64,000 bases of DNA, taken from positions 23,197 through 87,196 of the forward strand of contig JBJMVW010000221.1 of the NCBI GenBank assembly GCA_045810465.1, read 5' to 3'. Under the pieces are notes generated by a model that searched no databases, was not told the DNA's origin, and saw nothing but the letters and a program-made list of their open reading frames with translations. Each line of letters starts with the position of its first letter. Within the stretch, counting starts at the first letter, position 1. Positions 46,887-56,536 of the stretch are shown piece by piece. Both the position numbers and the translations under genes were made by a program. Origin of the DNA: Massilia sp. Its GTDB lineage: Bacteria > Pseudomonadota > Gammaproteobacteria > Burkholderiales > Burkholderiaceae_D.

Positions 46887-47107
46887 GGCTTTTCCTTTTG
46901 CCCTCAACGAGGATCGGAATGATCACTGGAACGCCGGGCACGGTTGAACTATAGTCCCACAGGCCGGGGCCGCCATCTGTTCATACACAATATTACAAAT
47001 GGATATTTACAGGTAACATTCGCCAGGGCCATTCATTTTCCCCGGCCCCCTTGCACTCGGGTGATACTGCCCCATCTAGCCGGCATCACCGATTTCCACC
47101 TGCCGTC

Positions 47108-48244
47108 ATGCCCTCACGCCGTTCCATCCCGACCGTCCCCATCCTGCTGGCCTTGCTACATGCCTATATTGGCGTCCGGCTGCTGCCAGAGATGCAATTG
47201 GGGGGCCGCGGGATCGTGACCGGCGCGTTGCTGCTCCTGCTGTCGGCGGTGCTGGTGGCGATCGGCCTGCGCGCGCCCTCGCTCAAGCGCAGCCGCTGGT
47301 CCGGGCCGATTGCATGGGCGGGCTTGACGGCAATGGGCTTCTTTTCGTCCTTGCTGGTGCTGACTTTCCTGCGCGACATTTTGCTGCTGTTCCTTGCGCT
47401 GATCGGGGCCGGCGGCCCCTTGTTCACCCGCGATAGTGCGGTCGCGGTGCCGCTCATTGCGCTGGCGGTCACGCTGGTCGGCTTCGTCAACGCGCGGCGG
47501 GTGGCGCGCGTGGTCAACGTGGAGGTGCCGATCGACAACCTGCCACCTGGGCTGAACGGCTATTCGATCGCCCAGATTTCGGACATCCACGTCGGCCCGA
47601 CCATCAAGCGGCCGTACCTGAACGCGATCGTCAACCGGGTCAATGCGCTCAAGCCCGACGCAATCGCGGTCACCGGCGACCTGGTCGACGGCAGCGTGCA
47701 GCGCCTGGCCTTGCATACCGAACCGCTGCAGCGCCTGGCCGCGCCCCACGGCGCGTTTTTCGTGACCGGCAACCATGAATATTATTCGGGGGCCGAACCG
47801 TGGATCGCGGAGATGCGCCGGCTGGGCCTGACCGTCTTGTTGAACGAACACGTGGTGCGTGAGCGCAACGGCGCCGCCCTGATGATCGCCGGCGTGACCG
47901 ACTACAACGCGCACCACTTCCACGAATCGCACCGCAGCGACCCGCATGTTGCCGGCGCCGGCGCGCCAGACCATGTGCAGGTGCGCATCCTGCTTGCCCA
48001 CCAGCCGCGCAGCGCGGCCGCGGCGGCCGATGCCGGCTTCCACCTGCAACTGTCGGGGCACACGCACGGCGGCCAGTTCTTCCCGTGGAATTTGTTCGTG
48101 CCGCTGCAGCAGCCCTTCGTCGCCGGCCTGAACCGGGTGCGCGACCTGTGGGTCTACACCAGCCGCGGCACCGGCTACTGGGGCCCGCCCAAGCGCTTCG
48201 GTGCGCCCTCGGAAATCACCCTGATCCGGCTGGTTCCCGCCTGA
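47108..48244 (+). CDS. Membrane-anchored metallophosphoesterase (calcineurin-like, YkuE/YaeI-type)
   Basis: ISDIHVGPT...VTGDLVD...GNHEYY...LSGHTHGGQ phosphoesterase motifs after 3-4 TM helices. Confidence 0.75.
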   Translation: MPSRRSIPTVPILLALLHAYIGVRLLPEMQLGGRGIVTGALLLLLSAVLVAIGLRAPSLKRSRWSGPIAWAGLTAMGFFSSLLVLTFLRDILLLFLALIGAGGPLFTRDSAVAVPLIALAVTLVGFVNARRVARVVNVEVPIDNLPPGLNGYSIAQISDIHVGPTIKRPYLNAIVNRVNALKPDAIAVTGDLVDGSVQRLALHTEPLQRLAAPHGAFFVTGNHEYYSGAEPWIAEMRRLGLTVLLNEHVVRERNGAALMIAGVTDYNAHHFHESHRSDPHVAGAGAPDHVQVRILLAHQPRSAAAAADAGFHLQLSGHTHGGQFFPWNLFVPLQQPFVAGLNRVRDLWVYTSRGTGYWGPPKRFGAPSEITLIRLVPA

Positions 48245-48338
48245 GTCGGGATGTACAGACGGCAATAAACCTGAAGCAAAAAGTTTCCGGATGCGCTATT
48301 GTTAGATCCTTCGTACTCTCATCAAAGGATCGACAAGC

Positions 48339-49784
48339 ATGAACCGCCTTTCCCGCCGCCTTCCTGTCCTGACCGTCCTGGCCGCCTCCGTGCTGGCTGG
48401 TGCCGCCTTCGCCGCCAGCCCCGGCAACGATCCGGGCGCGCTCGCCAAAATCCGCGACACCGCGATGCAGAGCGACTACGCCTACCAGCGCCTGGAGGAC
48501 CTGACCGACCTGATCGGTCCGCGCCTGTCGGGCTCGGCGGGCGCGGCGGCGGCGGTGACCCAGGTCGCCGGGGAACTGCGCAAACTGGGCGCGAAGGTGA
48601 CGCTGCAGCCGGTCAAGGTGCCGCACTGGGTGCGCGGCGCCGAGTCGGCCGAACTGGTGGAGTACCAGGGCCGCCCGGCCGGGCTGTCGCAAAAGGTGGT
48701 GCTGGCCGCGCTCGGCGGATCCGGCGCGACCCCGGCCGGCGGCATCACGGCGCCGGTGCTGGTGCTGCACAGTTTTGACGAACTGAAGGCGAAGGCAAGC
48801 GAGGTCAAGGGCAAGATCGTGCTGTTCGACGTGCCGTTCGACCAGAACATGGCGGACCGCGGCCTGGCCGGCACGGCCTACGGCCAGGCGGTGGCCTACC
48901 GCGGCGCCGGTCCGCGCATGGCGGCCGAGATGGGCGCCGTGGCCGCGCTGGTGCGCGCCGTCGGCGGCGCCGCGTATCGCATCCCGCACACCGGCGCCAC
49001 CGGTTTCCAGGACGGCCGCATCCCGGCGGCCGCAGTCACGATCGAAGACGCGATGCTGATGAGCCGCCTGGCCAGGCGCGGCCCGCTGGCGATGCACCTG
49101 ACCCTGACCCCGCAAGCGCTGCCGGACGTCGACACCTACAACGTGATCGCCGACTGGCCGGGCAGCGACAAGCCGGACGAGGTGGTGATCGTCTCGGGCC
49201 ACCTCGATTCGTGGGACCTGGCGACCGGCGCCAACGACGACGCCTCGGGCGTAGCGAGCGCGATGGGCGTGATCGACACGCTGCGCAAGCTGGACTTGCG
49301 TGCGCGCCGCACGATCCGCGTGATCGCCTGGGCCAACGAGGAAAACGGCGGGCGCGGCGGCAATGGCTACCACGTCGCGCAACAGGCCAACGTCGAAAAG
49401 CACATCGGCGCTTACGAAGACGACAGTGGTTCGGGCCGCCCGTTCGGCATTCGCGCCAGCGTGGGCCCCGAGGCGGGCTAGCTGTTCGCTCCGCTCAAGT
49501 CCGCGCTGCAGGCGATCGGCGCCGGCGCGTTCCAGCGCGAGGATGTGCTGGGCACCGGCGACCTGCACGCGCTGGAAGCCGCGGGCGTGCCGAGCTTCGA
49601 GCCGCTGATCGACTCGTCGGACTACTTCAACTACCACCACACGCCGGCCGACACCTTCGACAAGGTCAATCCGGACAACCTGCGCCGCCACGTCGCCGTG
49701 ATGGCGACGACCGCCTGGTTCCTGGCCAACACCGACCAGCCGGTCGGCCGCGCCGCAGTCCCGGCCGGCGCGACGCGCCACTGA
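48339..49784 (+). pseudogene. M28-family aminopeptidase interrupted by an in-frame TAG (49479-49481)
   Basis: ORFs 48339..49481 and 49545..49784 are in the same frame. Translation continues through the TAG (...VGPEAG*LFAPLKSALQAIGAGAF...YHHTPADTFDKVN) with M28 motifs on both sides. Confidence 0.6.
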
Positions 49785-49856
49785 TGCAGGTTGTTCCCTT
49801 TGCCCGTCAGTAGGGAACTAAGCCATTGGGCAGCACGCTCTAACGAGGACTGCTCA

Positions 49857-50618
49857 ATGGAGGACATAATGAATGGACGCAAGAAACTGGCGGGGCAACG
49901 GATTGCGGTGCTGGTGGCGGACGGTTTCGAGCAGGTGGAACTGACCGCCCCGGTTGCCGCGCTGAAGGAGGCGGGGGCCGAGGTCGACATCATTTCGCTG
50001 CATCCGGGCCGGATCCGCGGCATGAACCTGCACCAGCCGGCCGAGCTGGTGGCGGTCGACAAAACGCTGGACCAGGTGCGCGCGCGCGACTATGACGGCT
50101 TGCTGATCCCGGGAGGGTTCATCAATCCCGACCACCTGCGCCAGTCGGCCCGCGCGCGCGACTTCGTGCGCGACTTCGACGTCAACGGCAAGCCGATTGC
50201 CACGCTGTGCCACGGGCCCTGGCTGCTGGCCTCGGCCGGGCTGACCCCGAACCGGACCCTGACCTCATGGCCCGGGGTGCGCGACGACATGGTCAATGCA
50301 GGCGCCACCTGGCTCGACCAGGAAGTGGTACGCGACGGTAACTGGGTGTCGAGCCGCGGCCCGCAGGACATGGTCGCCTTCATCCGCGACATGCTCCAGC
50401 TCTACGCCGGCGCGCCCGCCAGCAACGGGGCGCTGCGGCGCCGCCATTCCGATCCCCAGCGTGAAGAGCCCTCGACGATTCCGGGCCAGGCCATGCGCTG
50501 GCTGGGCACGCCGTCGGTGCGCACCATGCTTGGCCTGGCGCTGCTCGGCGTCGGCGTGGTCGCGGCAAACCGCGGGCGCGGCGGCGGCGGCGAACCGCCG
50601 GCGGCGCCGGGAAGCTGA
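49857..50618 (+). CDS. DJ-1/PfpI family protein (type-1 glutamine amidotransferase-like) with C-terminal hydrophobic extension
   Basis: IAVLVADGFEQVEL...ATLCHGPWLL (nucleophile elbow Cys-His). Confidence 0.75.
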   Translation: MEDIMNGRKKLAGQRIAVLVADGFEQVELTAPVAALKEAGAEVDIISLHPGRIRGMNLHQPAELVAVDKTLDQVRARDYDGLLIPGGFINPDHLRQSARARDFVRDFDVNGKPIATLCHGPWLLASAGLTPNRTLTSWPGVRDDMVNAGATWLDQEVVRDGNWVSSRGPQDMVAFIRDMLQLYAGAPASNGALRRRHSDPQREEPSTIPGQAMRWLGTPSVRTMLGLALLGVGVVAANRGRGGGGEPPAAPGS

Positions 50619-50733
50619 CGCGCCAATCCTGGCCGCCTGCAGCCTGGTGCTTGCCTGGACCGGGCGATGGCGGGCGCTAAGTTCCCGGTCGTGCGCGGGC
50701 GGCGAGGCCTCAGTGCGGCCGCTGCAACCGGCG

Positions 50734-51105
50734 TCACTGGATCGGTACCCGCCGCACGGCGCGCGCATGCCCACGGTAGGGCCGGCCGTAGACGGTCTGG
50801 ATTCCACTGGCAAAATTCTGGCCCCACACCAGCTGGGCCCGGGTTTCGTGGTGTTCGCTCGACCAGTACCAGGCGCGCTCGAATTGCTCGCGCAGGTTGG
50901 CGAACAGCAGCGACAGCTCGCGCCGGGTCGGCAGGTCGCCGCCGCGGCCGGCGGCCCACTCGCGCGCGGTTGGCCAACTGACGTCGCCTGCGTCCTCCGG
51001 CAACAAGATCAGGTGATAGTCGGGCGTGCCTTCCTTCCCGAGAATCAACCCGGCATACGATTCGCCTTCCTTCAACCCGTCTTTGACTTGTGCATGCTCG
51101 CCCAT
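50734..51105 (-). CDS. DUF1566 (Lcl C-terminal-like) domain protein
   Basis: YHLILLPEDAGDVSWPTAREWAAGRGGDLPTRRELSLLF matches the DUF1566 pattern (...WRLPT..EL..L). Confidence 0.5.
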   Translation of the reverse strand: MGEHAQVKDGLKEGESYAGLILGKEGTPDYHLILLPEDAGDVSWPTAREWAAGRGGDLPTRRELSLLFANLREQFERAWYWSSEHHETRAQLVWGQNFASGIQTVYGRPYRGHARAVRRVPIQ

Positions 51106-51261
51106 CGGGAATCCTTCGCATAGGTAGGTGCCAGCTAGCTAAGACTCCCGATCTCCCCGCTTAGTTGCCGCGCCTGCTGAGACATAGCTCATACCTTTGT
51201 TCGATGAGCGTGTAGCGATCGGCGCGGCCGCACCAGGCGCGAAAGGCGATGGCCGGGATGG

Positions 51262-51948
51262 TCAGGATTGCTCGGTGGTGTCCTCGAGCGGCAGCGCGAT
51301 CTGCGGCCCCTCGGTTCCCGCGCGGTTGACGGCGGTGCTGACCTTGAACCACTCGAACGCCTCGGGCGGCAGGGCGGTGGCGCGCGCCAGCTCGAGCGCC
51401 TGCGCGGGCGAGAGCGACGGGTCGAGCCACAGCGCGGCATCCTCGGCGCCGAGGACCACTGGCTTGCGGTCGTGAATGTCGAGCATGCCGGCTGTGGCGT
51501 CGTCGGTGACCAGCACAAAACCGGCCTCGGCGCGGTTCTCCTCGAACGGACCGAAGTTGGCCAGGGCCAGCATGAACAGCGGGCTGCCGTCCTTGCGGTG
51601 GATATGCCAGGGCTGCTTGCGGCCTTTCTCGCCGGTCCATTCGTACCAGCCGTCGGCCGCCACCACCGCGCGCCCGTTCTTGAGCAGGCGGCTCCAGTAG
51701 CGGTTGGTAAGCTTGTCCATGCGCGCATTGATACAGATGGGCACCTTGCCATCGGCCCACTTGGCGCGGTAGCTCCAGAAAACGTCGTCGATGCGGCGCT
51801 GGCCGTCCTGCACGTGCATTACCGGGCGGTAGGTGCCGGGCGATACGTTGTACGCCGGCACCGACTCACTGTCATAGACCGCGTCCGCCCAGCCGAAAAC
51901 GCTGGCGTAGTAGCGGGCAGTCTGGCTTTGGTCGAATCGTCCACACAT
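51262..51948 (-). CDS. yedK: SOS-response-associated peptidase (SRAP/YedK/HMCES family)
   Basis: Starts MCGRFDQ (Cys2 nucleophile); conserved SRAP core. Confidence 0.8.
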   Translation of the reverse strand: MCGRFDQSQTARYYASVFGWADAVYDSESVPAYNVSPGTYRPVMHVQDGQRRIDDVFWSYRAKWADGKVPICINARMDKLTNRYWSRLLKNGRAVVAADGWYEWTGEKGRKQPWHIHRKDGSPLFMLALANFGPFEENRAEAGFVLVTDDATAGMLDIHDRKPVVLGAEDAALWLDPSLSPAQALELARATALPPEAFEWFKVSTAVNRAGTEGPQIALPLEDTTEQS

Positions 51949-52001
51949 GGTCAGATAGTAACGCATTCGGCGACCGATGCGAGTCGCCTTGGGCTAAGGT
52001 G

Positions 52002-54218
52002 CTATTTTTCCTGTCCGAGCGCTGTGCGCACCCGCGCCCGGTTCAAAGGCACATCGCGCATGCGTACCCCGGTGGCGTCGGCAAACGCATTCGCGATGGC
52101 CGCCGAAGTCGGCCCCTGGGTCGCTTCGCCGGTGCCGAGGAAAGGCTGGCCGGGACGGTCGGCCAGGTGCACCTCGACCCGCCCCGGCATGTCCGGAAAG
52201 CGCAGGATCGGATAGCGGCCCCAGTCGCGGCTGGTGACCCCGGTGGTGGAGAAGCTGGCTTCCTCGCACAAGGTCCAGCTCGACGATTGCAGCAGCCCGC
52301 CTTCGATCTGGTTGCGGATGCCGTCCGGGTTCACGACTTCGCCCGCATCGACCGCGACCACGGCGCGCGTGATCCGCACCAGCCCGGTATCGCGCGCCAC
52401 CTGCACTTCCAGCGCAACGGCGGCATACGCGCCCAGGTTCTTGTAGCGGGCGAAGGCGAAACCGCGGCCGTGGCGCGGCGTGCGCCGGTAGCGATCCCAG
52501 CCGAAGCGTTCGGCGGCCAGCCGCACCACGTCCTGCGCGCGCGGGTCCTGCAGGTGGCGCAGCCGGAACGCCACCGGGTCGGCGTTGGCGGCGGCTGCCA
52601 GCTCATCCATGAAGCTTTCGATCGCGAACACATTGCCGTACGCGCCCAGCGAACGCAAGGCCGAGGTGCGCAGCGGCGCCTGCGCGATGAAATGGTGCGT
52701 CACGCGCGCATTCGGCAGCGCGTACAGCGGGATCGCGTTGCGGTCGCCGCCGCCCTCCGGCTGCGGCAGCGGCTTGGCCGGCGGCGCCACGAACGGCTTG
52801 TCCAGATGGGTTGCGGACAGCAGGTTGCCGGCGGCGCCGGGCCGGGCGTTGTGCGGCGGGCTCCAGACCTCGTAGGCCCAGTCGGCGATGCTGCCGGCGC
52901 TGTCGAGGGTCGCGGCGGCGCGCATGACCATCGGCGGGCCGAACGGTTCCCAGCCGTGTTCGTCTTCGCGCATCCATTGCACCCGCACCGGCCGGCCGGG
53001 CAGGGCGCGCGCCAGCAGCGCGGCGTCGGCCGCCACGTCGTCGGCCGCGTTGTGGCCATAACAGCCGGAGCCTTCGGCATGGATGCAGCGGACGCCTTCC
53101 TTCGGCACGGCCAGCATCTCGGCCAGCGCGTCGCGCAGCGGGTAGACGCCCTGGCTGTGCGTCCATACCGTGTATTCGCCATTGATGAGCTGGGCCACCG
53201 CGCACGAGGGCCCGATCGACGCGTGCAGTTGGAACGGCCGCCGGTAGACCGCTTCCAGCCGGCGCCCTTGCGCGCCGGCGCTGCCCTGCTGCAGGATCAC
53301 CGTGTCGTCGGCCCTGGCGCGCAGCACCGTTTGGTACAGCTCGGCCTGCGCCGGCAGCGTCGGTTGTTCGTCCCACGCCGCCGCGCCCGCCAGTGCCGCC
53401 GCCGCCTTCACCGCCTGGTATTCGCGCTGCGCTATGACGGCGAGGAAGCGGCCGTCACGCACCACCTTCAGCACGCCGGGCAGGCGCTCGACCACTGCCG
53501 TGTCGAGCGCGCGCAGGGTGGCGCCGGGGCTCGGTGGCCGCACGATGCGGCCATGCGCCATGCCGGGCAGGCGCAGGTCGTGCACGTAGGCCACGCCACC
53601 GCTGACCTTGGCCGGAATGTCGACCCGCGCCATCGCTTTGCCCATCACCGTATGCTCGCCAGGCGCGCGCAGCGGCGCCGTGCCGGTCGCCTGCACGTGC
53701 AGTGCGCGCCCCGCCACCAGCTCGCCGTAGCTGGCGCGCCGGCCGCCGCCCTCGACCACGCCGTTGGTCACGCGCAACTGCTCAACGGGCACGCCCAGCC
53801 GTTCCGCGGCGAGCCGCAGCACGATCGCGCGTACCTCGGCGGCGGCATGCCGGATCGCCGTGCCGCTGTCCTGCATCGAATGGCTGCCCGCCGTGTATTT
53901 CTCGTTGGGCGTGCGCGCGGTATCGGCCGTCACCAGCGTGATGCGCGCGGGCGCGACCACCAGTTCCTCGGCCGCGACCTGGATCAGTGCGGTCTTGATG
54001 CCTTGGCCGAGCTCCGCTTTGCCGGTGAACACAGTCACGCTGCCGTCCGCGCCGATGCGTATCCAGGCATCGAGCATCGGCTCTTCTTTCAGGCTGCCGG
54101 GCAGGGCGGGACCGCTGGTCGGCGCGGCGAGCGGTTGCAGCGAAAAGCCGAGCACCAGTGCGCCTGCGGCCAGGCCGAAGCGGCGCCGCCCGGGGTTGTC
54201 GAGGCCGTATTCGTTCAT
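52002..54218 (-). CDS. Molybdopterin-binding large subunit of an aldehyde/isoquinoline-oxidoreductase-type dehydrogenase (xanthine dehydrogenase family), Tat-exported
   Basis: Start MNEYGLDNPGRRRFGLAAG (twin-arginine). MoCo-binding domain similarity over about 730 aa. Confidence 0.8.
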   Translation of the reverse strand: MNEYGLDNPGRRRFGLAAGALVLGFSLQPLAAPTSGPALPGSLKEEPMLDAWIRIGADGSVTVFTGKAELGQGIKTALIQVAAEELVVAPARITLVTADTARTPNEKYTAGSHSMQDSGTAIRHAAAEVRAIVLRLAAERLGVPVEQLRVTNGVVEGGGRRASYGELVAGRALHVQATGTAPLRAPGEHTVMGKAMARVDIPAKVSGGVAYVHDLRLPGMAHGRIVRPPSPGATLRALDTAVVERLPGVLKVVRDGRFLAVIAQREYQAVKAAAALAGAAAWDEQPTLPAQAELYQTVLRARADDTVILQQGSAGAQGRRLEAVYRRPFQLHASIGPSCAVAQLINGEYTVWTHSQGVYPLRDALAEMLAVPKEGVRCIHAEGSGCYGHNAADDVAADAALLARALPGRPVRVQWMREDEHGWEPFGPPMVMRAAATLDSAGSIADWAYEVWSPPHNARPGAAGNLLSATHLDKPFVAPPAKPLPQPEGGGDRNAIPLYALPNARVTHHFIAQAPLRTSALRSLGAYGNVFAIESFMDELAAAANADPVAFRLRHLQDPRAQDVVRLAAERFGWDRYRRTPRHGRGFAFARYKNLGAYAAVALEVQVARDTGLVRITRAVVAVDAGEVVNPDGIRNQIEGGLLQSSSWTLCEEASFSTTGVTSRDWGRYPILRFPDMPGRVEVHLADRPGQPFLGTGEATQGPTSAAIANAFADATGVRMRDVPLNRARVRTALGQEK

Positions 54219-54709
54219 CGCTGGCCACCGTTCGCGGCGCCGGTGCCGTGCATCGCATCGGCCGCGCGCCGCACCGCGCGCAGGATCCGCATGTGGGTGC
54301 CGCAGCGGCACAGGTTGATCGCCATGTGGCGCCGGATCTCGGCGTCGGAGGGGTTGGTATTCGCCTCCAGCAACACCTGGGCGCGCATGATCATGCCCGC
54401 GATACAGTACCCGCACTGCGCCGCCTGTTCGTCGATGAAGGCGCGCTGCAGCACACCCGGGGCCTGCGCGCTGCCGAGCCCCTCGACCGTCCGCACCGGG
54501 CGCTGGGCGACCAGCGAGACCGGTAGCAGGCACGACATCGTCGCCTCCTTGCCGACCATCACGGTACAGGCGCCGCATTGCCCCAGGCCGCAGCCGAACT
54601 TGGCGCCGTTAAGCTGCAGGTCATCGCGCAGGACGTACAGCAACGGCGTGTCGGCGTCGGTATCGACCGATCGCGCCTTGCCGTTGACGTTCAGGGAAAA
54701 GACGCTCAT
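54215..54709 (-). CDS. (2Fe-2S)-binding small subunit
   Basis: MSVFSLNVNGK...GCGLGQCGACTV and CGYCIAGMIM...CRCGT cysteine clusters. ATGA overlap with the large subunit. Confidence 0.8.
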   Translation of the reverse strand: MSVFSLNVNGKARSVDTDADTPLLYVLRDDLQLNGAKFGCGLGQCGACTVMVGKEATMSCLLPVSLVAQRPVRTVEGLGSAQAPGVLQRAFIDEQAAQCGYCIAGMIMRAQVLLEANTNPSDAEIRRHMAINLCRCGTHMRILRAVRRAADAMHGTGAANGGQR

Positions 54710-56037
54710 GGTTGTTTCGCTTTCTGTACGGAAGCAGGCAGGTCGGGCCAGGGCGGCAAATGCGCCGCATGGCGCCGCAGGTAGGCGGCAAGCGCCACCA
54801 CCTGGTCGTCGGTCAGGGCGCCGGCAAACGCGGGCATCCACCGGCCTGGTTCGGCGGCGGGCGGCGCGATGCCGTCGCGGATGATATGGATCAGGCTGCG
54901 CGGATCGGGGTCGTACACCGCCACCGCGGCAGGCAACTGCAAGGCGCCGCCGGACGAGGCCTGGCGGCCGCCGTCGTGGCAGCGGGCACAGGCGCCTGCG
55001 TAGACTTCCGCGCCGGCACGGATCAGCTTTTCCTCGTCACTATTGCCGGGCGGCGGCATCGGCAGCGATTGGGCGCTGGCCTGGCGGGCGCCGGCGAGCG
55101 CGGCGTCCCGGGTCTGCGGCGAGGGCGTGCCCATGTGCGAATGGATGTAGGTGGCGATGGCGCGCACGTCGTTCTCGTCGGCGGCGGCAAGGCTCGTCAC
55201 CACGTCCTGCATGGGGCCGCCAGCCACGGCGTGATCGGCCGCGATGCCGGTGCGCAGGTAGGCGGTCAGCTGGTCGACCGTCCACGGCAGCGGCGAAGGC
55301 GAATGCGCGTTCAGCGCCGGGACGAACCAGCCCTCGGCCTCGCCGCCGCCGAGGTACTGGCGCTTTTCGGGGGCGCCCAGCGCGTTGCGCGGCGTGTGGC
55401 AGGCGCCGCAGTGGCCGAGCGCATCGACCAGGTAGGCGCCGCGGTTCCAGTCGGCGCCCTGGTCCGCTTGCGGCTGCACCGCCTGCTTGTCGAGGAACAG
55501 CAGGTTCCAGCCGGCGACGAGGGGGCGGAATCCGAACGGGAAGGTCATCTGGTTGTCGCGGGCCGGTGCGCGGATCGGGTCGCGCGTCATCACGAAGGCG
55601 TAGATCGCGCGGATGTCGTCGTCGGACAGGCGCGTGTAGTGGTCGTACGGGAAGGCGGGGTACAGGTGATGGCCATCGCGCGCGATGCCGCTACGCATCG
55701 CACGCATAAAGGCCTGTTCCGGCCAGCCGCCGATGCCGGTTGCGGCGTCCGGCGTGATGTTGGTGCTGTAGACCACGCCGAACGGGGTATGCAGCGGCAG
55801 GCCGCCCGCGTACGGCGAAGCGGGGTCGGCCGTGTGGCAGGTGGCGCAGGTGCCGACCGCCGCGAGCTGCGCGCCGCGCCGCACCTGGGCCGGGTCGAAA
55901 CGCTGGGCTGTGTTGGCGGGCAGCTTGTCGATGGCGGGGCGCCAGGCCAGCGCGAACGCGGCCACGGCCAGCACCGCGGCCAGCAGCAGTAGCCGGAACC
56001 ACCAGGATCGTTTCGCGCTGCGCCGCCGTTCCGCCAT
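54706..56037 (-). CDS. Membrane-bound tri-haem cytochrome c subunit
   Basis: Three CxxCH motifs (CATCH, CGACH, CARCH); N-terminal TM. Order cyt c -> FeS -> Moco as in membrane-bound aldehyde dehydrogenases. Confidence 0.75.
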   Translation of the reverse strand: MAERRRSAKRSWWFRLLLLAAVLAVAAFALAWRPAIDKLPANTAQRFDPAQVRRGAQLAAVGTCATCHTADPASPYAGGLPLHTPFGVVYSTNITPDAATGIGGWPEQAFMRAMRSGIARDGHHLYPAFPYDHYTRLSDDDIRAIYAFVMTRDPIRAPARDNQMTFPFGFRPLVAGWNLLFLDKQAVQPQADQGADWNRGAYLVDALGHCGACHTPRNALGAPEKRQYLGGGEAEGWFVPALNAHSPSPLPWTVDQLTAYLRTGIAADHAVAGGPMQDVVTSLAAADENDVRAIATYIHSHMGTPSPQTRDAALAGARQASAQSLPMPPPGNSDEEKLIRAGAEVYAGACARCHDGGRQASSGGALQLPAAVAVYDPDPRSLIHIIRDGIAPPAAEPGRWMPAFAGALTDDQVVALAAYLRRHAAHLPPWPDLPASVQKAKQP

Positions 56038-56159
56038 TGCTTCGTCCTTCCCGCTGTCAAGTGTTTGCCAGGGCGAATGCTGTGCGAAGTTCACACAGTC
56101 GTCTGTTAAGGAACGCGCATTCGACCATGACAGGCATCTGTCACAGGGTTTCCCTTGCA

Positions 56160-56536
56160 ACGAGGAAATAGATTAGCGCACTGATATTCGGATACGGCGG
56201 CGGGCGCCTGAAAACAATACGCCGTTTTATTGTCGATATTCTCACGGATAAACACAAATTCATAATATGACGGGAAAAGCAACGAAAATAATTTTATGCA
56301 CGGATGGCACCCCCGGCGTGAACTTTTTAATGTTTTAATGCTAATAGATTTTGATTTTCCACCAAAGGAAATCAGCTGTGTTTAGTTAATCGCCGCGCAT
56401 GGCACTTGAATAAACGCGCACCGCGACACGCATTATTAATTCCGACCCGCCCGCGCGCGACGAAAGAACCGGTTTGTGGCCGCAATGACTGGCTGGAAGT
56501 GGGGGCAATTGCTGATCGTCAGCCATATTTGCCCAA
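56160..56536. promoter_or_regulatory. AT-rich (~40% GC) intergenic region: divergent promoter region and compositional boundary
   Basis: 377 bp with a sharp GC drop relative to the ~68% flanks, between divergently transcribed operons. Confidence 0.4.
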
